NCBI GenBank assembly: GCA_905178155.1
Contig: CAJINV010000021.1
Coordinates: 287,760 to 351,759, forward strand
Length of the DNA stretch: 64,000 bases
Reading direction: 5' to 3'
From: Amoebophrya sp. A120
Lineage: Eukaryota; Protista; Dinoflagellata
Positions 48,355 through 60,835 of the stretch are shown piece after piece. The position numbers and the translations under genes were made by a program. The notes under the pieces were generated by a model, which ran no database searches, had not been told where the DNA came from, and was given only the letters and a program-made list of their open reading frames with translations. Position 1 is the first letter of the stretch. Every line of letters begins with the position of its first letter.

Positions 48355-51300
48355 ATGCGGTCGCGGCGTCCTTCGATGGCTCTATTGGTAGCTCTTGCTC
48401 TACCTCTCTGTCGTCATTTTTTGGTCCAGTCCGTGAGTGCCGAAATCTTCACTGGCACTGTCCGTTCGTCCACGGAGTGGCCTGTGGTGGTTGCGAAGTT
48501 TGTGTACGACTACAATCCCGCTTGTTTTCCCCCGTCGTTCTGCCGCCCAGACCAATACCCGGGGGAACTGGACTTAACATACGAAGTGACCACCATCGCT
48601 GATGACGGAACAACAGCTGGAAGCTCCTCCGGGGGAGATGCAGCAGCTTCGGCGTTTGGTTCCACGACAAATGGGAATGGGGCAAACAGCGAGGCAGCTT
48701 CATCCGCCAACACTCTACATTCCTCCCAGTCCACGCTAGCTCGGTATGCGGGCCGGAACGCGAAACAGGAGGACACGCAATTTTATTTCGGGTTGCTGGA
48801 TGATGAAATCGCCCAGTTTCCGCGCCTGTTCCCGGCCGGTACGGTGTCCTTTCTCGGAAGCCCCACACAATCCGCGTACGAGACCTGCGATCAGGCTATT
48901 CTTTGAAAATTTACCATGATGCATCTTTCCGTCCATTTTTTGCGAGACCGAATACAGAATCTAGATCTGCGTTCACATGTTTTGCATGACAAAAATTGGA
49001 TCATGCTGGGGATCATGGTCAAGTTTCAAAGAATACAGCTGTTCAACAACGTCGCCGGCAATTGGCTCCGACTGGAGCAAGGCGACGGCGAGATGGTCAA
49101 AGTGACGGATGACGGGGACATGGGTGCAGCCGCCGTTCCGGCTGGTGCTGCCGGAATGAATATGAATAACATACTGCTTCGGGGCGGGAGCCCAGCAATC
49201 TCAAGCGCTTCATCGAAACTTCCTTCCACCGGTTCTACTCCAACAGCGTCGCAAAACCCCTTCGCGGCTTGGTTTGGCGGTGGGCAAAGTGGTGGACCCA
49301 CGTCCGCGGAGATTGCGGGGAAGTGCACCGCCACGTGGTCCGTGGCGTTTGCAAATCAGTACCTTCTCGGCTGCGTTCCGAACGACAATTGCAAACCCTG
49401 GAGCACGATGGAAGCCGCGAAGCGTGCGTGCATCGCCCAGGGCCCGAACTGCGGCGGGATCGTGGGGGCACCGACTGCCGATACTGCAAGCGGGGGGAGC
49501 AACAGTAATATTGACGCCGGGCAGCAGGCAGCCGCTCCCGCGAATACTAACTTGCAGTGTCGCGCGTTCAGCCACGCTGTAAACCACTGGGAGATCCGGG
49601 AGGGGAGGGAGGTGCTTTACGCAAAGGACCAGAACGATTTGGCCGCCCGGGAATCGAAGGAAATCGCGTACAAGAAGACCAGCACAAACAGCAACACCGC
49701 GATCACCTTCGCGCCCGGGGAGCCCTGCGCGTGGCTGGCCAACTGCGTCGCGGGCGACGAGTGCAAGAAGTACTACCAGCGAAGTGACGCCGAGCGAGCC
49801 TGCATCGCCGCGGGGGAGACCTGCGGCGGGATCGTGTCCCGCCCCTGCGGCGGGGACAGCCGAATCGCGTGCGACGAAGAGTCGGCCGGGCGGCTGGGCT
49901 CCTCCTCGCCGATCCATCCGGAAAACATCCACCACTGGGAGATTCGAAGGGGCGCCAGCCCGATGGGCCACACGCAGGAGGTGAGCTACCTGAAGCACAT
50001 GTCCCTGGACTGCGACGTGGTGCCAGCAACCGGAATATCCTGTGCAAAAGTATCGTACTCGTACTAATTGCAGATATGCATCACAAATCCAACTTTCTAC
50101 CTGAAATAGCATGACAAATTGAATTTTTTTCTTGGAAAAATTTGTAATGCATTTTAATGATACGAATACTATACGGTACTTTTGCAATGCATACGGAAGC
50201 TCAGAAACCGTGGACGGCGACGGGGACGCCGCGGTGGCGACACTTCAGCTAGGCGACGCCAGTACAACGAATAATTCTAAAACCCCCTTCGTCTACCTGA
50301 AGGGGCGGCATCGGCAATCCATCCTGCAGAAGTGCAGGCGTCGCGTTTGGCACTTCTTGTTTCTCGCCTGCAGCGACCGACCAGCCGCGGGAGGTGATAC
50401 AACTTTTTCGACGATCACCGGGCAGCCGCTGTACGAATTCAAGTACACGATACGGGCTCGAAATACGCTCAATGGCTGGGAAACCGAACTGGGCGCCGAC
50501 GAAAACCAGCTGTTTCCTATTTTGCTCTTTCAAATTTTCTTCCTCGGCACGTTATCTTGGCAATTACGACCCAAGATGTTCTCGATCTCGACGGCATCAT
50601 CAAATGTTGGAGGTTCTACATCGCCTTTCGAAAGAGACCTCAACTACGCGTTTGCCGGGGAGTTTTTCGGCCCGCGCGCGATCCGGGGGAAATTCTCCCT
50701 CACCGGATTGGTCCAGCACGGGACGTTCATTCTTTTCGCCGCAGCGGTCGTGCGTGCGGTGGATTACCCTCTGAAAGCGTTTTCCGGGCAGCATTTCGCT
50801 TTTTTCGGCTTTGTTGACTTCACAACCATCGCAAGTCTGGTCGAGGCGGCGGGGAAAGCCTGTCTAAACCTGATCTTCCTCTTCTGCGCCAGCCAGTCCC
50901 CCAGCCAAATCAGAAGGTCCGCGGCACGGTTCGTTTCCCAAATGCGGAAATCGAGCAATTTAGTGGACGGTAGTACGTCTGCGTATGCAGGAGGAATATC
51001 CCTTATTTCTACGTCCAACTCTGCCACCAGTTACTACATCCGCAACCTGGCCGTGCTTTTTTTCATTTGCAACGTCATCTTAGACCAGTGGTCGCGCGCT
51101 CGGCACCTGAAAACACTGACCACCGTGTACCAGTACGACACGGCCCCGGGGGAGATCGTGGTTTTGCTGGATGTGGCGATGTTGGTTCTCGTTTGTTTCC
51201 TTCTATTCCGTTCCTTCTACGGTGACCCAAGGTATCGGTCCAGATTGTTCTTTCTGCGGTACGGCGGCCTGTTTCTGTTCTGGTTCGCAACTTTGCCCGC

Positions 51301-51841
51301 CGTGGCCATCATCGCACCTCACGTGGACCCGTGGGTGAGAAAGCGAACTGCTTTCATCATCAGCGCTTTGTCGCTTGATTTTGGCGTATACCTGGCAAAC
51401 CATTTGGTCTTCGGCTGCACGTTGATCCTGCCAAATGCACAGAAAAATAATAGTGTCTCGACGTCAAAGTCCACCACAGCGGGGTTGTACGAGTACGTAT
51501 ACGCCAGTGAAACCTTCCAGGACGAGGACAACTCCGACGGGGATTTTGTCAACTACGACGACTTTAACATGGAACTCATCGAACCGGGCGGAGGTGGGAA
51601 CAATACGACGAGAACCTCTTCTAGAGTAGCAGCAACGACAAGAAGTAAAATGAACTCGTCCTCGCACAACTTCCACGACGGTCTCGATTTCACGCCGGAA
51701 AAAAGACCGTCGTTGACATCGACTTACGGCAGCAGTGGCTTGACAAATTACAGCTCGTTAGGTGGTGGCGGTGTACTGGACGATTATGGCAAGGGCGGGG
51801 CCGATGATCTGTTTTTCGAGGAAGGGCACGCGCTCTTGTGA
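48355..51841 (+). CDS. TMEM145/GPR180-like multi-TM membrane protein with inserted Cys-rich repeats
   Basis: Signal peptide, EWPVVVAKFVY, RRRVWHFLFLACS and WETELGADE followed by a multi-TM region, resembling TMEM145/GPR180. Two introner introns; start codon approximate. Confidence 0.72.
48897..49035. mobile_element. Introner-like intron (TAT...ATA class), also readable as GC-AG intron 48895-49038
   Basis: TIR tattctttgaaaatttaccatgat / atcatggtcaagtttcaaagaata and flanks caggc/cagct. Joins CDQ|LFNN. Confidence 0.88.
50043..50186. mobile_element. Introner-like intron, TIR family C
   Basis: tgcaaaagtatcgta / tacggtacttttgca. Removing element plus 1 nt joins GISC|AYGSS. Confidence 0.85.
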
Positions 51842-53059
51842 CACCAGCGTGTCCTAGGGGTTCCTGTCTTCGTTAGCACCGCAGTACTTTTCGACATCCA
51901 TGCATTCATTCTTATTCGAAGTGCAGCCATAGCATCAAAAGCGGATAGAGACATATGAGAGAAAAAGCACTTCATATAGCTTGCTGAGTCTCCGCAGCTA
52001 GGCGGTCTTTCGTATACATGGAAGAGCCGCGAGCCGAGAACTTATGTTCTGACAAGCGTCGACTGTGCAAAGCCAGAGCTAAAGACCAATCAGCATAAGT
52101 ACTTAGCTGGAAGTTCGTGGACGAAGATCGATGGAAATTTTTAAGTCGTGTCCCATATCGATGAACCTTTCCTGTACCTAAAGCTGAATTTCATTTTTTT
52201 TGAATTCCGGACGATCCTGTTCCGCCCGCTGCTGGCAAGAAAACAATTTCCATAACAATTTCCGATGGATCAAAGCACTTTTTTGGCAGATCACGCTTTC
52301 AGTACATAAATTTTTCTTTTTGCAGCAGCTGTTGCTGTTGCTGACAACTAGCACAGATCTACTTCATTTTGGTTTTGCTTTTAGGTGCTTTTTTTCTGGA
52401 ACGACGCCGACATTACTTTTTACTTGAAACTACACAAGCAGCGACCGACAAGCGAGCGTCATCAAATTTTTAGTCACGAGTTGAACCTTATTCCATTTGA
52501 TGCTTCATTATCATTTGTGTCACAGTTGAACCTTCGACTTCGTTCTTGACTTTCTTTTCTCGATTTTGTTTACATTTTCAGACGAAGACGTTCACACAAC
52601 ACCTGACACTTTTTTAGTATTCATAGATCTTTCTTTGATTGACGTTTCCTTTCGCCTTTTTGACAGACGCGACGCTAAAGCTGCCCTCCTGCGCATGACC
52701 GGCGACGAGTTGAGCAAGTGAATTAGAATTTTGCTCCTCCTCCAATGCTGGATCATAGAAAGTAACCTAATTTTTGCGTTGGTTTTTCATCTAGGTCAAC
52801 GCATTGCATGGCCGTTCCAGCAGGCCTAATTGAAACAAAATGTCGCGCGTCGTCGACGTGATCCCCAGCATGTTTGCGAAACTAAAACCAAGAAACAGAA
52901 AGAGGCGAAACGCAACTCTAACTTAGGAGGACAGCTAAAAGCACCACCAGTCCTGAAAAAAGTTGTCTTTTCAGACGGGAAACCAGCGTACGATTCGACA
53001 GAGCCAGAAGTTACAGTCCGCCTCCTGAGCACGGCGCCTCGGCACGAGCTACAGAAAAT

Positions 53060-56000
53060 ATGTGGATTTTTTTCCTGGTAGTATTTGCGTTTTTCGCGAT
53101 TTTACTACTGTGTTTCCCCTGTGCGAAGTGTCTGACGCGCAAGTGGTTCCGCAAGAAAGCACTGCTTCTCGAAGCGGAGCAGCAGTCGAAAGCAAACTCG
53201 GGGAGGAGTAGCATCAAAAGCTGCAACACAAGTTGCTCCCGCGGTGAACTCGGTGGAAAAGTAGATTTTTCCGGTGAGGACCCTCAAGGCCGCAGTGGCG
53301 CGACAAGGACAAGGAGCCAAGATCTTCAACAAAGGAACCCAAGAAATGAAGGAGCGGCAGACCATCCGCCCCGGGGCGGGAGCAGACCGAGCGGAGGTAA
53401 ACCTAAACCGGGGAGCAATCACCACCATGAGCTGCTGGGCAGCAATCCGGACGAGGAGAAATTAAGAATACGATTGTTGTCAAATAGCAGTAGCGGAGTG
53501 GAAAGACCAGACCAAGGCGTCGAGAACAACATCAACAAGAAGCATGACGTTGACCACGACCATGACGCTGACGCACGCCAGTCGCAAGAAGAGTGCAAGC
53601 ATCAGGATGAAGATCACTCGCACCAGCTGTCAAGCAGGAGTGGCTCCAAAAATGAAATTGCCAGACGCATTCAAGCTGCAAATAAAGATGATTCATCCGA
53701 AACCGAATCCGGGAACAAGAACCAGCAGTACTACGGTGACGCCAACCTGACGGACCAGCGACTTTTCGCGCTCCGGCGTCTCGGGGTCGCCTTTTTCATC
53801 GTTGGTGGGACGCAGAATCTGGTCGCGAACATCCGCAGCCCCTTGTTCCAGGAGTTTGCCGACCCCCGACAGGAACCCGTGGCGAAGTTGCACACCTTTT
53901 GGGTCAGCATGTTGTTCAACATTGCCTACGGATTGACCGCGCACTTCTGGTCACCGAAAGCTGTAGCGACCATCATGCCCACGATTTTCGGGTGTCACAT
54001 GATTGGAACCGCAATCTACTTCTCCGTGTTGCAGTCGCTTGGCGGGAAGTCGCAGATGCGGGAGCTCTTCGACAGCCCAGAGGCAGGCCGGCACTACTCG
54101 GAATTTGCGCTTCAGGTTTTTCTGAACCAGCATGCGCGGGAACGGATGGTGTATCTGAACTACTATTTCGTCGGGGTCAGGAATAATTTAATCGTCGCCA
54201 TGGCCTTCAGTTTCGTGCAGGTGTACAGTAAAAAAACGTCGAAGTGGACAAACATGAACACCATGACGCTGCTCACTCTGTGGGAACAGGTAACAAGTGT
54301 GCTGCAGTTGAGACTTCTGAGTGAGAATTTCCAGCAACCGCAGGAAGCCCTGCTTTTATTTCCAAAAAGAAAACGAGAACGACAAGGTGGAGCGGATTTT
54401 TTCGCTTAAAATCGTTTAGTTCTACTTACCTTTTCCACCTTTTTTTCCTCGCAGTACAGTAGTTCTCAAAATGTTCATGTTGCTCACACTACAAAAATCC
54501 TCAGGTTGGCATCCTCGCGTTCAGCGTGGTGGGCGTCTTCACGCGATTTTTCGAGTTGAAGATGGACAACAGCGTGCACGCCGCGGGGAACATGGTGTTG
54601 TTCGGTCTCTCCGGCATCGCCACCCTGCTGCTTGTGCCGCTCTTCCGGTCCGCGTTCTTTACCTTGGAAAAAGAGGAAGAGGAGGAAGACGTTCTTGCGG
54701 ACAACTTGTCGAAACCTGAAAAGAACCCACTTTCGGAGGTGACTGATGTTGAAGCCGACGCTCTTGTGGTCAAGAGTGAGGAACATCACGACAGCGGGGC
54801 ATCCTTCGCCTCAGATCCAGAAGAAAGAGGAAACGACCGGATTTCATCACCGAGAAGTAGAACGTCATCTGTACAGGAACTTCTAGTAGAAAAAGAAGCT
54901 GCGAACTCAAAAAACATCCAGAGCGACGAGGGCACGACAGACGATAAAAAAAAGCAACATTATTGCAGCAAAATCTGGGAAGGTTTGAAGTACTCCTTCT
55001 TCGGCGTTTACTTGGTTGCTCGGTACCGGTACGTACTGTACCTCTTTTTCCTGAATTCCCTCGTCTATCCCCTGCGCGCCATTCTGGACATTCAGCTCGC
55101 GCTCATTCTGAACCAAGCCGTGGAGCGCGCGCCGGACGACGGGACCACACTGAAGGTGCCGGAATACGCCGGTGGGTGGATGGGGTCGCAGGTGACGGAC
55201 GTGAAACTGGTTCTGCAGTCCACTATCGGGATCGCCGCCGCGCTCGTTTGCACCGCTGCGGTCTACTACGCGTTTAGCGACATGGCGAAAAAGACCGGGG
55301 GCACGCGGAGGGTGCTGGTCCAAGCGCCGATCGCGGTGATGCTGGTGATCACGGTACTGTGCGTGACGTCGCTCACGTCGGAGCAAAGGGGGTATGTGAA
55401 TCTCAATGTCGAAGTTTTTACGTCAACGAGTAGAAATAGTATACTAACTGGATCCGGCCCAAACGTGGCGCTACACACGCCCGCGATCGGATGGAACGAC
55501 AAAAATTTCGAGACCGCGAACCGCCAGCGCGGCTTCCGCAACGCCGTCCGGGACAGGGATGCAGTTTGGTTTCTGGAACAACCCAGTAGAGAGGTTCAGG
55601 AACAAGTGTTGAACGATGATGAGAACAATGATCTTCCCGTAAGACTGAGAACGGTGACGAAGCACAGTTGTCAGCTCGCGCGCCCAAGGGTTGACCCATC
55701 GGTGAGAAGAACGCAGGACGCAACGGAATGCGTCGGGAAGGTTGCAGTCTACCGCTGGCAGCAACATTTACGAGGTAAGGACGTGCCGCTAGCAAACGCG
55801 AAGGTTTTTACTTCGACTGCTGTGGGAGCAGGAGGTGCTGCGCAACAAGGATCAGAACCACCACAACAGGGGATGACAGGTTCCGCGCCTACTGGTCGGT
55901 CTTCTTCCCTCCCAACTCAGCTTGCGGTGGAGCTGGACAATTTTACGCCTTTGCTTCCAACGCAGCGAAGAGGACACAATAGCTACAGCAGTGAGGACAG

Positions 56001-57675
56001 CTGTGCATCGGTGGAAGCGAACTCGGTGACGTTTTCCCGATCGAACCTCCAGCAGGCCATGAAGATCTTTTTCTTCGCGTCCAATTACGAGCAGTGCAGC
56101 ACCCAGTGCCGCGACAGCTGCAAGAACGGCTACGGTACCTGCACCCACTTCTTGTTTTCTTGTCAAGAAGGCGCCAGTTTGCGAAACGACGGCAAGGCTT
56201 GCTCGATGAACGGGAAGACCGTCGCCTGGGCGCAGTGCGTGCTACTGAATCAACATCAGAATACTAGCGCTGGTACTGGTGCTAGAGCCAGAGCCGGTCT
56301 CCATCAGAGAAGTGGTGCTGGAGCTGCTGGTGCAGGAGAGGCTGCAGGAGGCAATAATTCTGGTCAAACAAGTAGAACAAGTCAGAGAGAAGCAAGACGG
56401 CACGCGCGAGACGCACAGATTTTCGACGCGAGCCCCTTCAAGTCTTTCCTCTTGTCCACGCACCTGCCCTCCCTGCGTCTCTTCAGCCTGACGCCCGACC
56501 GCAGCTTCCAGGAGGTCGCAAAACTGGCGGAAGAGGCACAGGCGGCCGCACTGATCATCGACGTCAAGAGGGATGTCTTTGTCGTGGCGGAAAAGGACAA
56601 CGATAATACCAGCCAGCCCAGCATTCTCACGGCGATCACCAGTCGGAATTCGTTCTCAGATTCTTTCGTTGCCGACGCGGTGGCCGATTTGGACAGGAGA
56701 CACAGGGAAGAAGATGAAAATGGAAATAATCTCGAAGTACCAGACATTCGTCCGCCACCAGCGAACAACGCTGTGCTCGATGAGGTTATCCGCATCAAGT
56801 GGCTAGAAAGGGTTCCTCCGATAAACCTGAGTTACTACTATCTCGGTGCAAAAGCTAGTACCGGAGGACAGAATACTCAGCCTGCTCCAGGTGCAGCAGA
56901 AGTTCCTGGTGGCGAGCATGAGCAACAGCAAGAAACCCCCACTGGCGGCCAGGCAAGAAGAGCAGCAGCCTCAGCAGATCCGGAACCAGATTTGAATACC
57001 GGGTCCGCGAGTTTGTTCGAGTCTTGGCCCCGGCTGTCCGCGCTGGCCCGGTACATTCTGTGCTCCATCTTCTACATTTACCTCAACGTGGCCATGTGGT
57101 GTTTCAATGCGCCCATGATCAACGTGCTGTACCTGCGCACGAGCAAGGACGTGAAAATCCAGGCGCAGTCCTGGTCGAAAAACTTCGGTGTGGACGCGCT
57201 GAAAATCTTTGGTACTTTGTTCAACAACGCGGTGAATATTCCGACGTTTCTCCCCTTCACCAACTGGCTCATCACCGTCGCGGCAGGGCTAATTTGGATT
57301 TTCGGGATCATCTTTCCCGCGTCGCGGGAGTACCAGAGGCTGGAGCGGGAAAACGCCATTGTCGGGGAGGAGAGTGCTGTAGAAATGACAGAAGGTCATA
57401 ATCGTGCTCCTGGGGCGGGTCAATTTGATGATGGAGTTGAAGATGAAGATCTTGTAGAAGAAAGAAGTGCTGGAAAGGACCACCACGACGAGGAGTACAG
57501 AAGTAACACCTCCGAGTTGTTCTATGAACACGATCCTTTAATAGGAGGAAGTGATAGCGAAGACGAAGCGGAAAGAGAAGATCTGCTGGAGAAGGGCCTA
57601 CTGAAGAAAAAAGACCCTCGAGAGTCCGACTCTCACCACCAGCGACTGAAGCAGCGACAGAACAACCCATCTTGA
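53060..57675 (+). CDS. TLC/NTT-like (ATP:ADP antiporter family, MFS fold) nucleotide transporter, divergent, with large insertions
   Basis: Multi-TM protein. C-terminal NAPMINVLYLRTSKDVKIQAQSWSKNFG...KIFG resembles the TLC motif (E-x-LY-x-P...K-x-KAKSW-x-D-x-FG...K-x-x-G). GT-AG intron 54290-54504. Confidence 0.6.
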
Positions 57676-59045
57676 TCCTAATCGTCCGCCACGACCCCAC
57701 AGTATCATGAGTAGTTCGATAGATCAGTAATTGTTCTTTTCGTGTGCGACGCACCAGCGACCGACATTCATTCTTCGACAGTCACACTTTGCGAAGTTTT
57801 ACATGTATGAAGATATTACACTTCGACTTCTGCTCCGCCCGAAGCGAAGCAAATGATTTTTTAGCGAGTCCCCTGGAGTTCACCGCTGCTGCACAGACCA
57901 CACCATGCTGTGTGTTTGTGTAGCGAAATTACTAGTACAATTAAAGCAAGTGAGGAACGTGCAGCCTGTGACAGTTGTAAATTCTGTGTTAGCGGGCCCT
58001 GCTAAAAATATTAAGTACCCCGAAGCGACTACAGGTACAGTATAGCGAAGAATGAAACCCCCACATAGGAAGATCACCAACATGATACAATTTTTTCAAA
58101 ATAGCTGTCTTTGACTTTGACTGCCCTTACTAGCTACCCAGCTGCAGGAGCCTGACTGACCCCGTGAAGCACGGCGACTGGTGTTTCATACATATTGATG
58201 AAGCCGCTCATCATATGTAGAACAGGAAATTCCTAAGTGTCACCTCCACAGTATGTTGAAAACCTTGAATTGCCGCACGGAAGGCTACATGGATTTTTCC
58301 TAACGCAGGGGACGCGAGGAGGCTAAGAAGCTGCCGCTGCTGCTACAAACCTACAACACGACACTGCAGCAGCATGTAGTAGCCGTTGGTTTGTTTTTCG
58401 GTTGCAAACCAATAGATACGGTACTATCGTGTTCTTGTCGTGGAGCAGCTGCACTCCAGTACTAGACGTAGTGATAACAGGCTTTTTTTCTTGGCGCTGA
58501 GTGGATCATCAATCGGAATGACCGATCGAGATTTAAACGGTAGTACCTACTTACAGGACGACAAGGACTCCAATTGGTGATGCAAGAAATTTAGTCGGAT
58601 CTCATCTGATACTGATACAGAAAAGATCGAAAAAAGATGCCGATGAACCGAGCAAGAGCATTTGCAATTGCATTGATTTTGACGACAAATAACGCTCCGA
58701 GAGGCTGTCGCTGTGGACGCGGCCGACGACATCGCAGATCTACTACTTAAGAACATCACCGTGCCGTGGTTTCTCTGTGTCTTCTTTTTCGAAGAAGACG
58801 TTTGTAGTCGCCGGTGATTTATTTTGACGAGCGCCTCCGATGACCACGAGTAGAAAGATACTGATCTAGTTTTTTATTGCGTGGTCCGAGTTCTACGAGT
58901 ACCATCTCAGTTCCATGAATCATATATACATATTGTGTATTAACTCCTACTAGTACCTTCACAGTTCTCGCCGTAGTTCACAAAGATCTCCTCGTTCATG
59001 TTCTTTTTGATTTATTTTGTTTTTCTTTTTCATTTTCCTTTTGAC

Positions 59046-60040
59046 ATGCGGGCGCTCCGGTGGTTCCAGCACAGCACACTCCGGACGGTGGAAGGCGAAA
59101 AAAGGGCGTGGCAGATGGCGCAGGAACAAAGCGAAGCCGGAGGGGAAGAGGAGTACGCCAGTCGGCTGGAGCTATGTCAGCGAACAGGCGTCCCGCCGGT
59201 GGAAACACTTATACGAGAGCGGAGAGTGGCCTGGGCAGTCCATGCACTTCGCAACAGACGAGAGGCGTGCCACTATCTGGTCCGGGAGGAAATCAGGAAG
59301 CGCACACCCTGGGGCAGGATGTTGCAGGACGACTTTGAAGCGGTAGCGCTACCACTAGAAGGAATTCTAGAGATGGAAAAACCGCCAGCCGCCACGGCAA
59401 TCAAGTCGCACCTGGTCACACACCGGCCCACGAAACCACTGCCGAAGGAACGAAAGGGGGACAACCGTGGAAAGACGAAAGCCTGCAAAGAAAAAACCAA
59501 ACGCCAGAGCGAGAACATACAGCGACAAAGAGAGGAAGCACAGCGGCAGATGCAGGACTTCATCGCGGAAATCAGCGGCAGGCGCTGGGAAAGAGTTCCC
59601 AGTGCCGGAGGCAAATACTGGCAAACGACGAAAACCGACGACGATCCGACCGCGGTGCAGTTCGAAATTGAAGCCGAGGACTTTTGTGAAAGCACCGGCC
59701 GAGAAGAATACAGAGTGTGCGGCGTCTGGTTCCAGAAGATGAGTGATGGAACCTACGCCGCCAGAGCGGTGTGAACGAAAGAAGAAGGAAGTGATGATGA
59801 TGAAGAAGATACATTTGTAAGCACATCCGAGAAACGCGTGAGGAAACGATGAGACTCTCAAAAGGATACAAGCTTGTTGTGAATGAATGAATGAATTTTC
59901 CTTTTTGTTTTTTCTGCGTCCTCTAGAACCCAACGGCATTCAGGAATTAATATCAAAACAGGGACGCTAGATTACGGGCAGGCAGTACCCAAAGCCAGAG
60001 GCGAAGGCCATTGGAGTACAGCGTCACGTAGCCTATAAAA
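59046..60040 (+). mobile_element. 5'-truncated non-LTR retrotransposon (RTE-like) 3' fragment
   Basis: LIRERRVAWAVHALR...RTPWGRMLQDD resembles the post-RT IRxRRLxWxGHxxR...WxxxxxxD motif of RTE-type LINEs. Followed by a 3' UTR with (gaat)n and a short A-tail. No TSD resolved. Confidence 0.6.
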
Positions 60041-60835
60041 ATCTTGTTCTTCCACTTCCTCGTTACTAACGAGGACTACTTCCACGGTCAATCATCAATC
60101 GTTTCGACTACAACTACGTTCGCACCAAACTACAACATGCATGTATAATTTGTTTATTAGGGCGCCTGCTTGTTTTTGCATAAAGGAAGCATCTAATTAG
60201 CTCGTGCTGTGCTGAAATATTGTTTTCTACGCCATCAACTAGGAGGGGCTGATCTAAGTGCTTACTTTATTTGTTTTAAAGTACCTGGTGAGATAGTCAG
60301 GGCTCGTTCTCTTCTGCAGCTCTCTATTAGCGACGTCAAGAACTTTTAGTATTAAACTCGATACGATATTTACATTTTCAACACTACGAATTTAAACTCG
60401 GGAAATTGTCTATAACACATTACGAGCGACTACAACCGAAATACGCGATTTTCTCTTTCGGAAATAGATGACATTGGTATCGCGTTAGCTTTAGATTAGT
60501 GTCTGCGTTGAACTGCGTCTAAACTTGAAGTCAAGTTGCTATAATTTTGATTTCTCAGCTGTGACATTATAGATTCGCTTTTATTTCTTGAAAAGAGCAT
60601 CAGCTAAAGGGCACACTGGTGCCAACATCATCATCATCAGCATATGGCTTTATCTTGAAGAGGTATAGCATCTAGGACAGAAGAATCGTTGATCGTGTTT
60701 ATTGATACGATCAAGATCCGGCGGAACTACACGAACACTTACACCTGAGTTCGATAAGTATTGTCAGTATAAGCGATTACAACTCTACCTTTACGCAGCT
60801 AGTACATCTTCGACAGACGAGGATCGTCTAGCAAC

